NCBI RefSeq assembly: GCF_000195955.2
Contig: NC_000962.3
Coordinates: forward strand, 450,001 to 482,000
Length of the DNA stretch: 32,000 nucleotides
Direction of reading: 5' to 3'
Source: Mycobacterium tuberculosis H37Rv
Lineage (GTDB): Bacteria; Actinomycetota; Actinomycetes; Mycobacteriales; Mycobacteriaceae
Numbering within the stretch: position 1 is the first letter of the stretch; the number at the start of each line of letters is the position of its first letter. A program made the translations under genes and the position numbers. A model generated the notes under the pieces. It was not told the DNA's origin, did no database searches, and worked only from the letters and a program-made list of their open reading frames with translations. This document shows, one piece after another, positions 1 to 9,455 of this stretch.

Positions 1-1799
<1,799 letters not shown>

Positions 1800-1803
<4 letters not shown>

Positions 1804-2279
1804 GACTGCGCCTTTACGGTCTGGTGCGCTGCCGCCCACTGAATGGAGCGCACGATCGTGGTGTATCCGGTGCACCGGCAGATCTGCCCCGAGATCGCTT
1901 CCCGGATGGTCTGCTCGTCGGGATCCGGGTTGCGGTCCAGCAGGGCGCGCGCGGTAATCAGCATTCCCGGGGTGCAGAAGCCGCATTGCAGCCCGTGGCA
2001 GCGCATGAACCCTTCCTGCACCGGGTCGAGCTGGCCGTCGGGCCCAGCCAAGCCCTCTACCGTGCGGATGCTGTGCCCGGAGGCCATCACGGCGAGCATC
2101 GTGCAGGATTTCACCGGCACGCCGTCGACCTCCACCACGCATGTCCCGCAGTTGCTGGTATCACAGCCCCAGTGAGTTCCGGTGAGCCGCAGCTGATCAC
2201 GGAGAAAATGGACCAGCAGCATCCGGGGTTCGACCTCGGCGGTGACGGGCTCGCCGTTTACCGTCATGTTCACCTGCAT
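1800..2279 (-). CDS. coxS: CO dehydrogenase small subunit, two [2Fe-2S] clusters (Rv0374c-like)
   Basis: 159-aa ORF with the cysteine patterns CDTSNCGTCVV and CGFCTPG...CRCTGY typical of CoxS/XdhA-type iron-sulfur subunits. A purine-rich RBS (GAGAGGGGA) lies upstream of ATG 2279. Confidence 0.95.
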
Positions 2280-2293
2280 GGTTGGTTCCCCTC

Positions 2294-3196
2294 TCAGGCC
2301 TCGGGGGCCGCCGGCGCGCCGAGCACGCGCCCGGCGGCGGTGCGCAGCGTGCGAACGGTCAGTTCACCGGCGAGGTGCCGCTTGTACTCCGCGGTGCCGC
2401 GGACGTCGGTCACCGGCGTGCAAGCTTGCGCGGCGCGCCGGCCCGCCTCAGCGAACACCTCTTCGGTAGCGGGTTGGCCGACCAGTCCCGCGGACAGCTC
2501 CGCCAGCGCGACCGGGTCGGGATTCACCGCGGTCAAACCCACCCGAGCGGCGAGGATCGTCTGGCCGTCGAGCGTGACCGCGGCACCGGCCGCGGTGATG
2601 GCCCAGTCGCCGACCCGCCGTTCCACCTTGGCGTACGCGCTGGAGGTGTTGTGCCGCAGCGGAATCCGCACCTCAATTAGGACCTCGTTGTGGGCGAGCG
2701 CGGTTTCGTACGGCCCGACCAGGAAGTCGTCGATCGCTATCTCACGTTCACCCGAGGGCCCTTTCGCCAGGCACACCGCATCCAGAACGGTGCACACGGT
2801 CGACAGGTCCTCGGCCGGATCCGCCTGGCAGAGCGAACCGCCCAGGGTGCCGCGGTTGCGGACCACCGGGTCGGCGATCACCCGCTCGGCATCGCGGAAG
2901 ATCGGGCACACCGCCGCCAGCGCATCGGAGTCCAGAATCTCTCGATGGCGGGTCATCGCACCCAGCCGAACCAGGTTGGGATTGTTGATTCCGCCGACCA
3001 CGACGTAGCCGAGTTCGGGGGCCAGGTCGTTGATGTCCACGAGGTACTCGGGGTTGGCGATGCGCAGCTTCATCATCGGCAGCAGGCTGTGCCCGCCGGC
3101 GACCACCCGCGCTCCCTCCCCCAACCGATCCAACAATCCGATGGCGTGGTCCACGCTGGTGGCACGTTCGTATTCGAAAGGCCCAGGTACTTGCAT
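2294..3196 (-). CDS. coxM: CO dehydrogenase medium (FAD-binding) subunit (Rv0375c-like)
   Basis: 300-aa ORF from ATG 3196. The N-terminus MQVPGPFEYERATSVDHAIGLL...AGGHSLLPMMKLR matches the conserved CoxM N-terminus as I recall it from Oligotropha CoxM (MIPGSFDYHRPKS...AGGHSLIP). I therefore prefer the ATG at 3196 to any internal GTG. Confidence 0.93.
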   Translation of the reverse strand: MQVPGPFEYERATSVDHAIGLLDRLGEGARVVAGGHSLLPMMKLRIANPEYLVDINDLAPELGYVVVGGINNPNLVRLGAMTRHREILDSDALAAVCPIFRDAERVIADPVVRNRGTLGGSLCQADPAEDLSTVCTVLDAVCLAKGPSGEREIAIDDFLVGPYETALAHNEVLIEVRIPLRHNTSSAYAKVERRVGDWAITAAGAAVTLDGQTILAARVGLTAVNPDPVALAELSAGLVGQPATEEVFAEAGRRAAQACTPVTDVRGTAEYKRHLAGELTVRTLRTAAGRVLGAPAAPEA

Positions 3197-3229
3197 GCGC
3201 CCCAGTGTCGGCCGCCCGCGAAAAGGGCG

Positions 3230-4372
3230 TCAATGTCGAGTTAAGTAATCCTTGAACTCGCCCGCTACCTGCGCATCATGGTGGATCCGTCCGGCAATAT
3301 CGGCCAGCGGGCGTCCCCCTCCGCCCCAACGTCGGGCGATGATGTCGGCCGCGATCGAGACCGCGGTCTCCTCGGGGGTTCGGGCACCGAGATCCAGCCC
3401 GATCGGGCTGGACAACCGGCTCAGCTCGGCGTCGGTCAGGCCCGCCGCGCGTAGCCGATCCATCCGGTCGTCGTGCGTCTTGCGTGATCCCATCGCCCCC
3501 ACGTATCCGACACCCAGGCGCAGCGCCACCTCGAGCACCGGGACGTCGAACTTCGGATCGTGGGTGAGCACGCAGATCACCGTGCGCTCGTCGATACCAC
3601 CCGCCTCCGCCTGGGCAGCCAGATAGCGGTGGGGCCATGCGACGACGACGTCATCGGCCGTCGGAAAGCGCGCTGGCGTGGCGAATACCGCGCGGGCGTC
3701 GCAGACGGTGACCCGGTAGCCGAGGAACGAACCCTGCCGCGCCAGCGCGGCGGCGAAGTCGATGGCACCGAACACCAGCATCCGCGGGCGCGGCGCGTGG
3801 CTGGACACGAAGACCTCCATGCCCTCGCCACGCCGCTGCCCATCGGGCCCATATTCGAGGATCTCGCTGCGGCCCACCGCGAGCAGACCCCGCGCATCGT
3901 CGATAACCGCCGCATCGGCACGCGCCGAACCCAGCGAACCCGTCACGGGGCTCTTTGTGTCGGGCCGGATCACCAGTCGGCGACCCACCCGCCGCTCGTC
4001 CGGATGGGCGATGACGGTCGCGATGGCGACCGGGCGTTGCGCGCCGATGTCGTCGGCCAGCTCGCCCAGCTCGGGAAACGTGGCCCGCGATACGGGCTCG
4101 ACGAAGACGTCGATGATGCCGCCACAGGTCAGGCCTACCGCGAATGCGGTATCGTCGCTGACTCCGTAGTGTTCCAGCCGCGGTATCCCGGTTTGGGCCA
4201 CCTCGGCGGCCAGCTCATATACCGCACCCTCCACGCAGCCGCCCGACACCGACCCACTTACCGAACCGTCCGGGGCTACCACCATCGCGGCCCCTGGGGG
4301 CCGCGGCGCTGACCGCAAGGTTCGCACCACCGTCGCGACCCCCGCGGTGTCACCGGCGGCCCAGATCGCCAT
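3230..4372 (-). CDS. XdhC/CoxI-family molybdenum-cofactor insertion accessory protein (Rv0376c-like)
   Basis: XdhC-like sequence: MAIWAAGDTAGVATVVRTLRSAPRPPGAAMVV...SGGCVEGAVY... followed by a Rossmann-like C-terminal half. The track ORF extends to 4798, but the extra 142 codons are Arg/Gly-rich and lie antisense over the LysR gene. I chose ATG 4372. An alternative GTG lies at 4396. Confidence 0.85.
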   Translation of the reverse strand: MAIWAAGDTAGVATVVRTLRSAPRPPGAAMVVAPDGSVSGSVSGGCVEGAVYELAAEVAQTGIPRLEHYGVSDDTAFAVGLTCGGIIDVFVEPVSRATFPELGELADDIGAQRPVAIATVIAHPDERRVGRRLVIRPDTKSPVTGSLGSARADAAVIDDARGLLAVGRSEILEYGPDGQRRGEGMEVFVSSHAPRPRMLVFGAIDFAAALARQGSFLGYRVTVCDARAVFATPARFPTADDVVVAWPHRYLAAQAEAGGIDERTVICVLTHDPKFDVPVLEVALRLGVGYVGAMGSRKTHDDRMDRLRAAGLTDAELSRLSSPIGLDLGARTPEETAVSIAADIIARRWGGGGRPLADIAGRIHHDAQVAGEFKDYLTRH

Positions 4373-4420
4373 CAGCTCGGCAAGCACTTCACGCACGCTT
4401 CCCAAAGTAGGCTTCAGTGC

Positions 4421-5386
4421 ATGACCCCGGCTCAACTTCGGGCCTATTCGGCGGTGGTTCGCCTGGGCTCGGTACGGGCGGCCGCCGCGGAACTCGGTCT
4501 TTCCGACGCCGGAGTCTCCATGCACGTCGCGGCGCTGCGCAAGGAACTCGACGACCCGCTGTTTACCAGGACCGGTGCCGGGCTGGCGTTCACGCCCGGC
4601 GGGCTGCGGCTGGCCAGCCGCGCGGTCGAAATCCTGGGCCTGCAACAACAAACCGCGATCGAGGTCACCGAGGCCGCCCACGGGCGTCGGTTGCTGCGCA
4701 TCGCCGCCTCCAGCGCCTTCGCCGAACACGCCGCGCCGGGCCTGATCGAGCTCTTCTCGTCTCGGGCCGACGACCTTTCGGTCGAGTTGAGCGTGCATCC
4801 CACCAGCCGGTTCCGCGAACTGATCTGCTCGCGCGCCGTCGACATCGCGATCGGCCCGGCCAGTGAGAGCTCGATCGGTTCCGACGGCTCGATCTTTCTA
4901 CGGCCCTTCCTGAAGTATCAGATCATCACCGTCGTCGCGCCGAATAGCCCACTGGCCGCAGGCATTCCGATGCCCGCGCTGTTGCGTCACCAGCAATGGA
5001 TGTTGGGTCCGTCCGCCGGCAGCGTAGATGGTGAGATCGCAACCATGTTGCGCGGCTTGGCGATTCCGGAGTCCCAGCAACGGATCTTCCAGAGCGATGC
5101 CGCCGCGCTGGAGGAGGTCATGCGCGTCGGGGGCGCCACGCTGGCCATTGGCTTTGCGGTCGCCAAGGATCTTGCCGCCGGACGGTTGGTGCACGTGACC
5201 GGTCCTGGGCTGGATCGCGCCGGCGAGTGGTGTGTGGCGACATTGGCGCCTTCGGCCCGCCAACCCGCCGTCTCCGAGCTTGTTGGCTTCATCAGCACCC
5301 CGAGGTGTATTCAGGCGATGATCCCGGGTAGCGGGGTCGGGGTGACGCGGTTCCGCCCAAAGGTCCACGTCACCCTGTGGAGCTAG
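4421..5386 (+). CDS. LysR-family transcriptional regulator, divergent from the CODH operon (Rv0377-like)
   Basis: 321 aa. N-terminal winged HTH (MTPAQLRAYSAVVRLGSVRAAAAELGLSDAGVSMHVAALRKEL) followed by a LysR substrate-binding-type domain. The gap to the divergent xdhC-like start is 48 bp. Confidence 0.93.
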   Translation: MTPAQLRAYSAVVRLGSVRAAAAELGLSDAGVSMHVAALRKELDDPLFTRTGAGLAFTPGGLRLASRAVEILGLQQQTAIEVTEAAHGRRLLRIAASSAFAEHAAPGLIELFSSRADDLSVELSVHPTSRFRELICSRAVDIAIGPASESSIGSDGSIFLRPFLKYQIITVVAPNSPLAAGIPMPALLRHQQWMLGPSAGSVDGEIATMLRGLAIPESQQRIFQSDAAALEEVMRVGGATLAIGFAVAKDLAAGRLVHVTGPGLDRAGEWCVATLAPSARQPAVSELVGFISTPRCIQAMIPGSGVGVTRFRPKVHVTLWS

Positions 5387-5630
5387 CTACTTCGACTTGA
5401 AAGGCTCGGCGCGCCGGTCCGCCCGTTGACGGGGCCCGGCTGCGAGGATTAGCCAGTTCCCTTGTCGCACAGGAGCGTTGAGGCTATCGCCGTACGCCTA
5501 CTGCGTGCGATCAGCGCTTGCTCGTTCCATACCACAGGGTGCGGCCCAGGTGCAAGGTTCACTGTGCATCGTGCGCTGGAGCCTTTGGTGCCTGTTGCCC
5601 GTTGAACCGTGATCCAGCGCGGCTGAGGGT

Positions 5631-5858
5631 GTGGTGGTGTCGGGCCGCTGGGAGGCCGGGAATGCGGACGGTAACGGTGGCTCCGCGGGGTTGATCGGCA
5701 GCGGCGGGGCCGGCGGCGACGGCGGTAGCGGCGGGGCCACCGGCGCCGGTGGCGAAGGTGGCGATGCTGGAGCAAGCGGGTCCATAAACGGCAACGCCGG
5801 CGACCCCGGCAACAGCGGAGAACGCGGCGCAGTGGGCAAGCCCGGCGCACCCGGCTGA
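5631..5858 (+). CDS. Glycine-rich PGRS-like mini-protein with no PE domain (Rv0378-like)
   Basis: 75-codon ORF with a GTG start, made of GGxGG-type repeats (GNGGSAGLIGSGGAGGDGGSGGATGAGGEGGDAG...). An in-frame stop at 5610-5612 shows there is no upstream PE domain. Whether it is translated cannot be judged from sequence. Confidence 0.4.
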   Translation: MVVSGRWEAGNADGNGGSAGLIGSGGAGGDGGSGGATGAGGEGGDAGASGSINGNAGDPGNSGERGAVGKPGAPG

Positions 5859-5976
5859 CCCGAAAATCACCGCATCACCGGGCTCGCTCACAACCGAGAG
5901 CGGACGCGGGCTCGGCGGGCTAGACGAATCGACGCGCCAACTTTCTCGGATCGAAGAAGCTATACGCTTTACCCCC

Positions 5977-6192
5977 ATGAGTGTGTACAAGGTGATCGAC
6001 ATCATCGGGACCAGCCCCACATCCTGGGAACAGGCGGCGGCGGAGGCGGTCCAGCGGGCGCGGGATAGCGTCGATGACATCCGCGTCGCTCGGGTCATTG
6101 AGCAGGACATGGCCGTGGACAGCGCCGGCAAGATCACCTACCGCATCAAGCTCGAAGTGTCGTTCAAGATGAGGCCGGCGCAACCGCGCTAG
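5977..6192 (+). CDS. Dodecin-family small protein (Rv0379-like, historically labelled secE2)
   Basis: 71 aa. MSVYKVIDIIGTSPTSWEQAAAEAV...ITYRIKLEVSFKM matches the dodecin pattern (YK-V-E/D-I-x-G-T-S ... long beta hairpin ... VxF). It has no hydrophobic transmembrane segment, which a SecE would need. Confidence 0.85.
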   Translation: MSVYKVIDIIGTSPTSWEQAAAEAVQRARDSVDDIRVARVIEQDMAVDSAGKITYRIKLEVSFKMRPAQPR

Positions 6193-6200
6193 CACGGGCC

Positions 6201-6262
6201 GGCGAGCAGACGCAAAATCGCACGGTTTGCGGTTGATTCGTGCGATTTTGTGTCTGCTCGCC
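6201..6262. terminator. Long tail-less hairpin between convergent genes; candidate bidirectional intrinsic terminator and copy 1 of a repeated element
   Basis: 6201-6223 GGCGAGCAGACGCAAAATCGCAC pairs with 6240-6262 GTGCGATTTTGTGTCTGCTCGCC: 23 bp with one G-T position and a 16-nt loop. It lies 8 nt after the dodecin stop and 5 nt from the minus-strand methyltransferase stop. No T-tract on either side. Confidence 0.6.
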
Positions 6263-6267
6263 GAGGC

Positions 6268-6918
6268 CTACCAGGCGCGGCCCAGGTCCGCGTGCTGCCG
6301 TATCCAGGCGTGCATCGCGATTCCGGCGGCCACGCCGGCGTTAATGCTTCGCGTCGACCCGAACTGGGCGATCGACACCGTGACCGCCGCGCCGGCACGG
6401 GCGTCGTCGGTAATGCCGGGCCCTTCCTGGCCGAATAACAGCAGGCATTCCCGCGGCAACGCGGTCTGCTCCAGGCGCGCCGCACCCGGGACGTTGTCCA
6501 CCGCCACCACGGTCAAGCCGGCGCCCGCCGCGAACTCCAGCAGCCCGGTGGTGCTGTCGTGGTGGCATAACCGCTGATAGCGGTCGGTCACCATGGCGCC
6601 GCGCCGATTCCACCGCCGACGCCCGACGATGTGCACGGTGTGCACGGCGAATGCATTGGCGGTGCGCACCACCGAGCCGATATTGGCATCGTGTCCGAAG
6701 TTCTCGATCGCCACGTGCAAGGGGTGACGGCGCGTATCGATGTCGGCGATGATCGCCTCTCGGGTCCAGTACCGGTAGGCGTCGACGACGTTGCGAGCAT
6801 CGCCGTCGCGCAACAACACCGGGTCGTATCGGGGGTCGTCCGGGAGGTCGCCTGCCCAGGGCCCCACGCCGCCGGTCGGCGCGCCCCATTCCGTAGGCCC
6901 GGGCCCAAGCGCACTCAT
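6268..6918 (-). CDS. SpoU/TrmH-family RNA 2'-O-methyltransferase (Rv0380c-like)
   Basis: SpoU-type motifs: HVAIENFGHDANIGSVVRTANAF, LLFGQEGPGI, SIAQFGSTRSINAGVAAGIAMH. I chose ATG 6918-6916 because it forms an ATGA overlap with the upstream gene's stop (6915-6917). The track's longest ORF starts at 7002, and shorter internal GTG starts are possible. Confidence 0.85.
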   Translation of the reverse strand: MSALGPGPTEWGAPTGGVGPWAGDLPDDPRYDPVLLRDGDARNVVDAYRYWTREAIIADIDTRRHPLHVAIENFGHDANIGSVVRTANAFAVHTVHIVGRRRWNRRGAMVTDRYQRLCHHDSTTGLLEFAAGAGLTVVAVDNVPGAARLEQTALPRECLLLFGQEGPGITDDARAGAAVTVSIAQFGSTRSINAGVAAGIAMHAWIRQHADLGRAW

Positions 6919-7823
6919 CGCGAGGTCCACAACGCGGCGTGGGTTCCCACTGTCGCGACCGTCGCGTACAGCAACGCCTCGTTGATCTCGCCCTGCGTAC
7001 ACAGCGACGCGCTAATGTGGACCGCGTCCAGTAGCGCGTCAGGAAGGATCAGCACCGAGGATCCATACGTCGCGCACGCCGGGCTCAGTCCGCGGCCGGG
7101 CAGTGTCGGTGCGGCGAGCAGCATCATGGGACCGCCGCGGGCAGCGGAGTCGTCCCGATACCGATCCGGGACGGCGTCGACCTCCAGCCCCAGCAGCATG
7201 TAGCCATTACCGGTGAACGCCACCGGATCTCCGAGCTGGGGCTTACCCAGCTGCATGCCGTCGGCGCGCCAAGCCGAGACGCTGGTGGTCTTGACCACCA
7301 GACCGGCGTCGTTTTGATTGGTCGGCAGCATCCCCACCGGAAACGCGGCCGGATAGGCCGCGGCAGTACCCGGGATCCGATCGCGGGGCGAGTACGTGTA
7401 CACGCCGCGGACGGCGCTTCGCTCTTTCAGCGGACCCAGGCAGACCGTGCCTGTGAGCCGGCCGGCAGGCGCCGATAGCGGCGACACGACGTCGCGCACG
7501 TGGGCCATCGCGTCGCCGCAGCTGCCGAGCGCAGCGGATTCCATCGGATGGGCCAACGCGCCGTACAGCCCGAAGCGAATGTCTTCGGGCTTGGCGTGCG
7601 GCGCATGCGGGTCCGTCGGGGATGCATCCACGTCGATGAGCACATAGTCGCCGGACCAGCGCAGATTCGACACCGACATGTTCCAGCCCAGCACCGCCAG
7701 CGATTCGCCGGTCCGGGCGCTCTGGGCGCCGTAGGTGCGACCGGAATGACTCGAACCCGAGCAGCCCGTCAGACCGGACAGGACGACGGCCCCGCAGGTG
7801 GCCCAGGCAACGAGAATGCGCAC
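6915..7823 (-). CDS. Putative lipoprotein of unknown function (Rv0381c-like)
   Basis: 302 aa, GTG start. The N-terminus MRILVAWATCGAVVLSGLTGCSGSS has a signal peptide and a lipobox (LTGC). Confidence 0.75.
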   Translation of the reverse strand: MRILVAWATCGAVVLSGLTGCSGSSHSGRTYGAQSARTGESLAVLGWNMSVSNLRWSGDYVLIDVDASPTDPHAPHAKPEDIRFGLYGALAHPMESAALGSCGDAMAHVRDVVSPLSAPAGRLTGTVCLGPLKERSAVRGVYTYSPRDRIPGTAAAYPAAFPVGMLPTNQNDAGLVVKTTSVSAWRADGMQLGKPQLGDPVAFTGNGYMLLGLEVDAVPDRYRDDSAARGGPMMLLAAPTLPGRGLSPACATYGSSVLILPDALLDAVHISASLCTQGEINEALLYATVATVGTHAALWTSR

Positions 7824-7840
7824 AGCGATGCCGCCGACGC

Positions 7841-8380
7841 CTAATCCAGCCCCAGATCGGCCAGGCCCAGCACGCTGCGGTAGCGCAGTCCCTCGGCTTC
7901 GATAGCCTCTGCGGCCCCGGTGGCGCGATCCACCACGGTAGCCACGCCGACAACCTCACCACCCACGTCTTGGACGGCGTGCACCGCCGTCAGCGCGGAG
8001 TTACCGGTGGTACTGGTGTCCTCTACCACCAGCACCCGCTGCCCGGTAACCTCCGACCCTTCGATAAGTCGCTGCATGCCATGGGCTTTCGCCGACTTGC
8101 GGACCACGAACGCGTCGATCGGACGGCCCGGGGCATGCATGATGGCGGTCGCCACGGGATCGGCCCCGAGTGTCAGGCCGCCGACAACCGAATAGTCCCA
8201 GTCGGCAGTGAGTTCGCGCATTAGCCGGCCGATCAGCGCGGACGCCCGATGGTGCAAGGTGGCGCGACGCAGGTCGACGTAGTAGTCGGCCTCCCGGCCA
8301 GACGACAGCGTGACGCGGCCGTGCACCACCGACAGCCGGCGCACCAACTCAGCCAACTCTGCGCGGTCAGGTCCGGCCAC
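7841..8380 (-). CDS. pyrE: Orotate phosphoribosyltransferase
   Basis: 179 aa. PRPP-binding loop VLVVEDTSTTGNS and type-I PRTase fold sequence. GTG start at 8380 preceded by a GAGGAG RBS. Confidence 0.95.
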   Translation of the reverse strand: MAGPDRAELAELVRRLSVVHGRVTLSSGREADYYVDLRRATLHHRASALIGRLMRELTADWDYSVVGGLTLGADPVATAIMHAPGRPIDAFVVRKSAKAHGMQRLIEGSEVTGQRVLVVEDTSTTGNSALTAVHAVQDVGGEVVGVATVVDRATGAAEAIEAEGLRYRSVLGLADLGLD

Positions 8381-8460
8381 GGCTTCTCCTCACGCCGCCA
8401 CGCGGGAGGCCGATCACATGCGGCGTCACCGCGGTGGCCTCGGGCGTGACATCCGCGGTC

Positions 8461-9315
8461 TCAGTGTTGGTAGTTGGTGGCCTGCTGGCCGTTGCGTCCG
8501 GCCGGCGGCGGGCGCCGAACGCCTTCGGAGCGGCCTTCATCGCGGCGGATCGGCTCGGGGGCCCGACGAGCCGGATCGGGCAGCACCGTGGTTGCCGGAT
8601 CCGGCTGGGCGCGCCGCGGCGGTAACTCCGCGGGGCCGCCCGGGGCCACGGGTCGGCCAGGTGCCGCGCCGCGCGGTCCCACCCCGGTTTGTTGGGGCAT
8701 CTCCTGCGGCAGCGGCGGCAACACGCGCAGCAAGTCGTTGAATTGGCGCACGGTGCGCAGGCCCTCGTCCCACTGGGCACGGGTGCTGGCAATCGGCATG
8801 CTGACCAGCGTCCAGTTCTGCTCGTTCCACATGATTTCGGCGCAGTCGGGCGCGGTGTGCGCGAAGGTGACCATCCGCCGATCGCAGGCGCGCCGGGCCG
8901 CGTCTAGATTGGTGGAGTACACCATCCGTGGCCCGATCGCGCCCAGCAGCCAGATGTCGCTTTCTCGTGGCTCTTTCAGGCCTTTGAGCCGCAGGTCGAC
9001 CACGACATTGGTGCCCACCTTGCGATGCAGCGCGATCACGGTGGCGACTTCCTCGAGATCGAAGATGTACACCGCCTCGCCGCGGATCTGACCCAGCACC
9101 ACGTTATGGGCGGCAACATCGCCAACTGTGGACATCACGCCGCGCGTCCAGCGCTTGAGTATCTCGGTGGATTCCCGTTCGTAGTCGAACCCGTGCGATC
9201 GCGCCCACGACTTGCGGCGTCTGCTGCGCCCGCGGCGTCGATCGATGTCGACGTACAGCAACACCACGGCACCGACGAAGCACAGTGCCGAGAGCGTGAA
9301 CCAAAGCGGGACCAT
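8461..9315 (-). CDS. Conserved membrane-anchored protein with a Pro/Arg-rich C-terminal tail (Rv0383c-like)
   Basis: 284 aa. Single N-terminal hydrophobic helix (MVPLWFTLSALCFVGAVVLLYV), then a globular region, then a proline-rich tail. Codon usage matches the neighbouring genes. Confidence 0.75.
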   Translation of the reverse strand: MVPLWFTLSALCFVGAVVLLYVDIDRRRGRSRRRKSWARSHGFDYERESTEILKRWTRGVMSTVGDVAAHNVVLGQIRGEAVYIFDLEEVATVIALHRKVGTNVVVDLRLKGLKEPRESDIWLLGAIGPRMVYSTNLDAARRACDRRMVTFAHTAPDCAEIMWNEQNWTLVSMPIASTRAQWDEGLRTVRQFNDLLRVLPPLPQEMPQQTGVGPRGAAPGRPVAPGGPAELPPRRAQPDPATTVLPDPARRAPEPIRRDEGRSEGVRRPPPAGRNGQQATNYQH

Positions 9316-9388
9316 CGGTGCTTAGCCTATCCGCTGGCGGCCCGGAACCGAGAATGCGACCAGGTCACAACCCAGTCACCTTCCACGC

Positions 9389-9446
9389 CGAGCAGACGAG
9401 GAATCGCACTGCGCGGACCTCACGCGTGCGATTCCGCGTCTGCTCG
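9389..9446. terminator. Long tail-less hairpin just downstream of clpB; copy 2 of the same element as 6201-6262
   Basis: 9389-9409 CGAGCAGACGAGGAATCGCAC pairs with 9426-9446 GTGCGATTCCGCGTCTGCTCG: 21 bp with one mismatch and a 16-nt loop. It ends 9 nt from the clpB stop (9456-9458). The arm core CGAGCAGACG-NN-RAATCGCAC is shared with the hairpin at 6201-6262. Confidence 0.6.
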
Positions 9447-9455
9447 TCAGACAAA

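Noticed and set aside
4373..4420. Search for a LysR T-N11-A box in the 48-bp divergent gap
   Set aside because: I found no T-N11-A dyad or convincing inverted repeat, only ACTT...AAGT 4-mers. Any operator probably overlaps the coding starts and cannot be called here.
4373..4798. 5' extension of the xdhC-like ORF (track gives 522 aa)
   Set aside because: The extra 142 codons overlap the divergent LysR gene on the opposite strand and are Arg/Gly/Gln-rich junk. XdhC-family similarity starts at the ATG at 4372.
5449..6195. Minus-strand ORFs (133, 113, 192 and 91 aa) over the glycine-rich ORF and dodecin
   Set aside because: They are the Pro/Ala/Arg-rich mirror image of the GGC-rich repeats and the antisense of the well-supported dodecin gene. 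No motifs.
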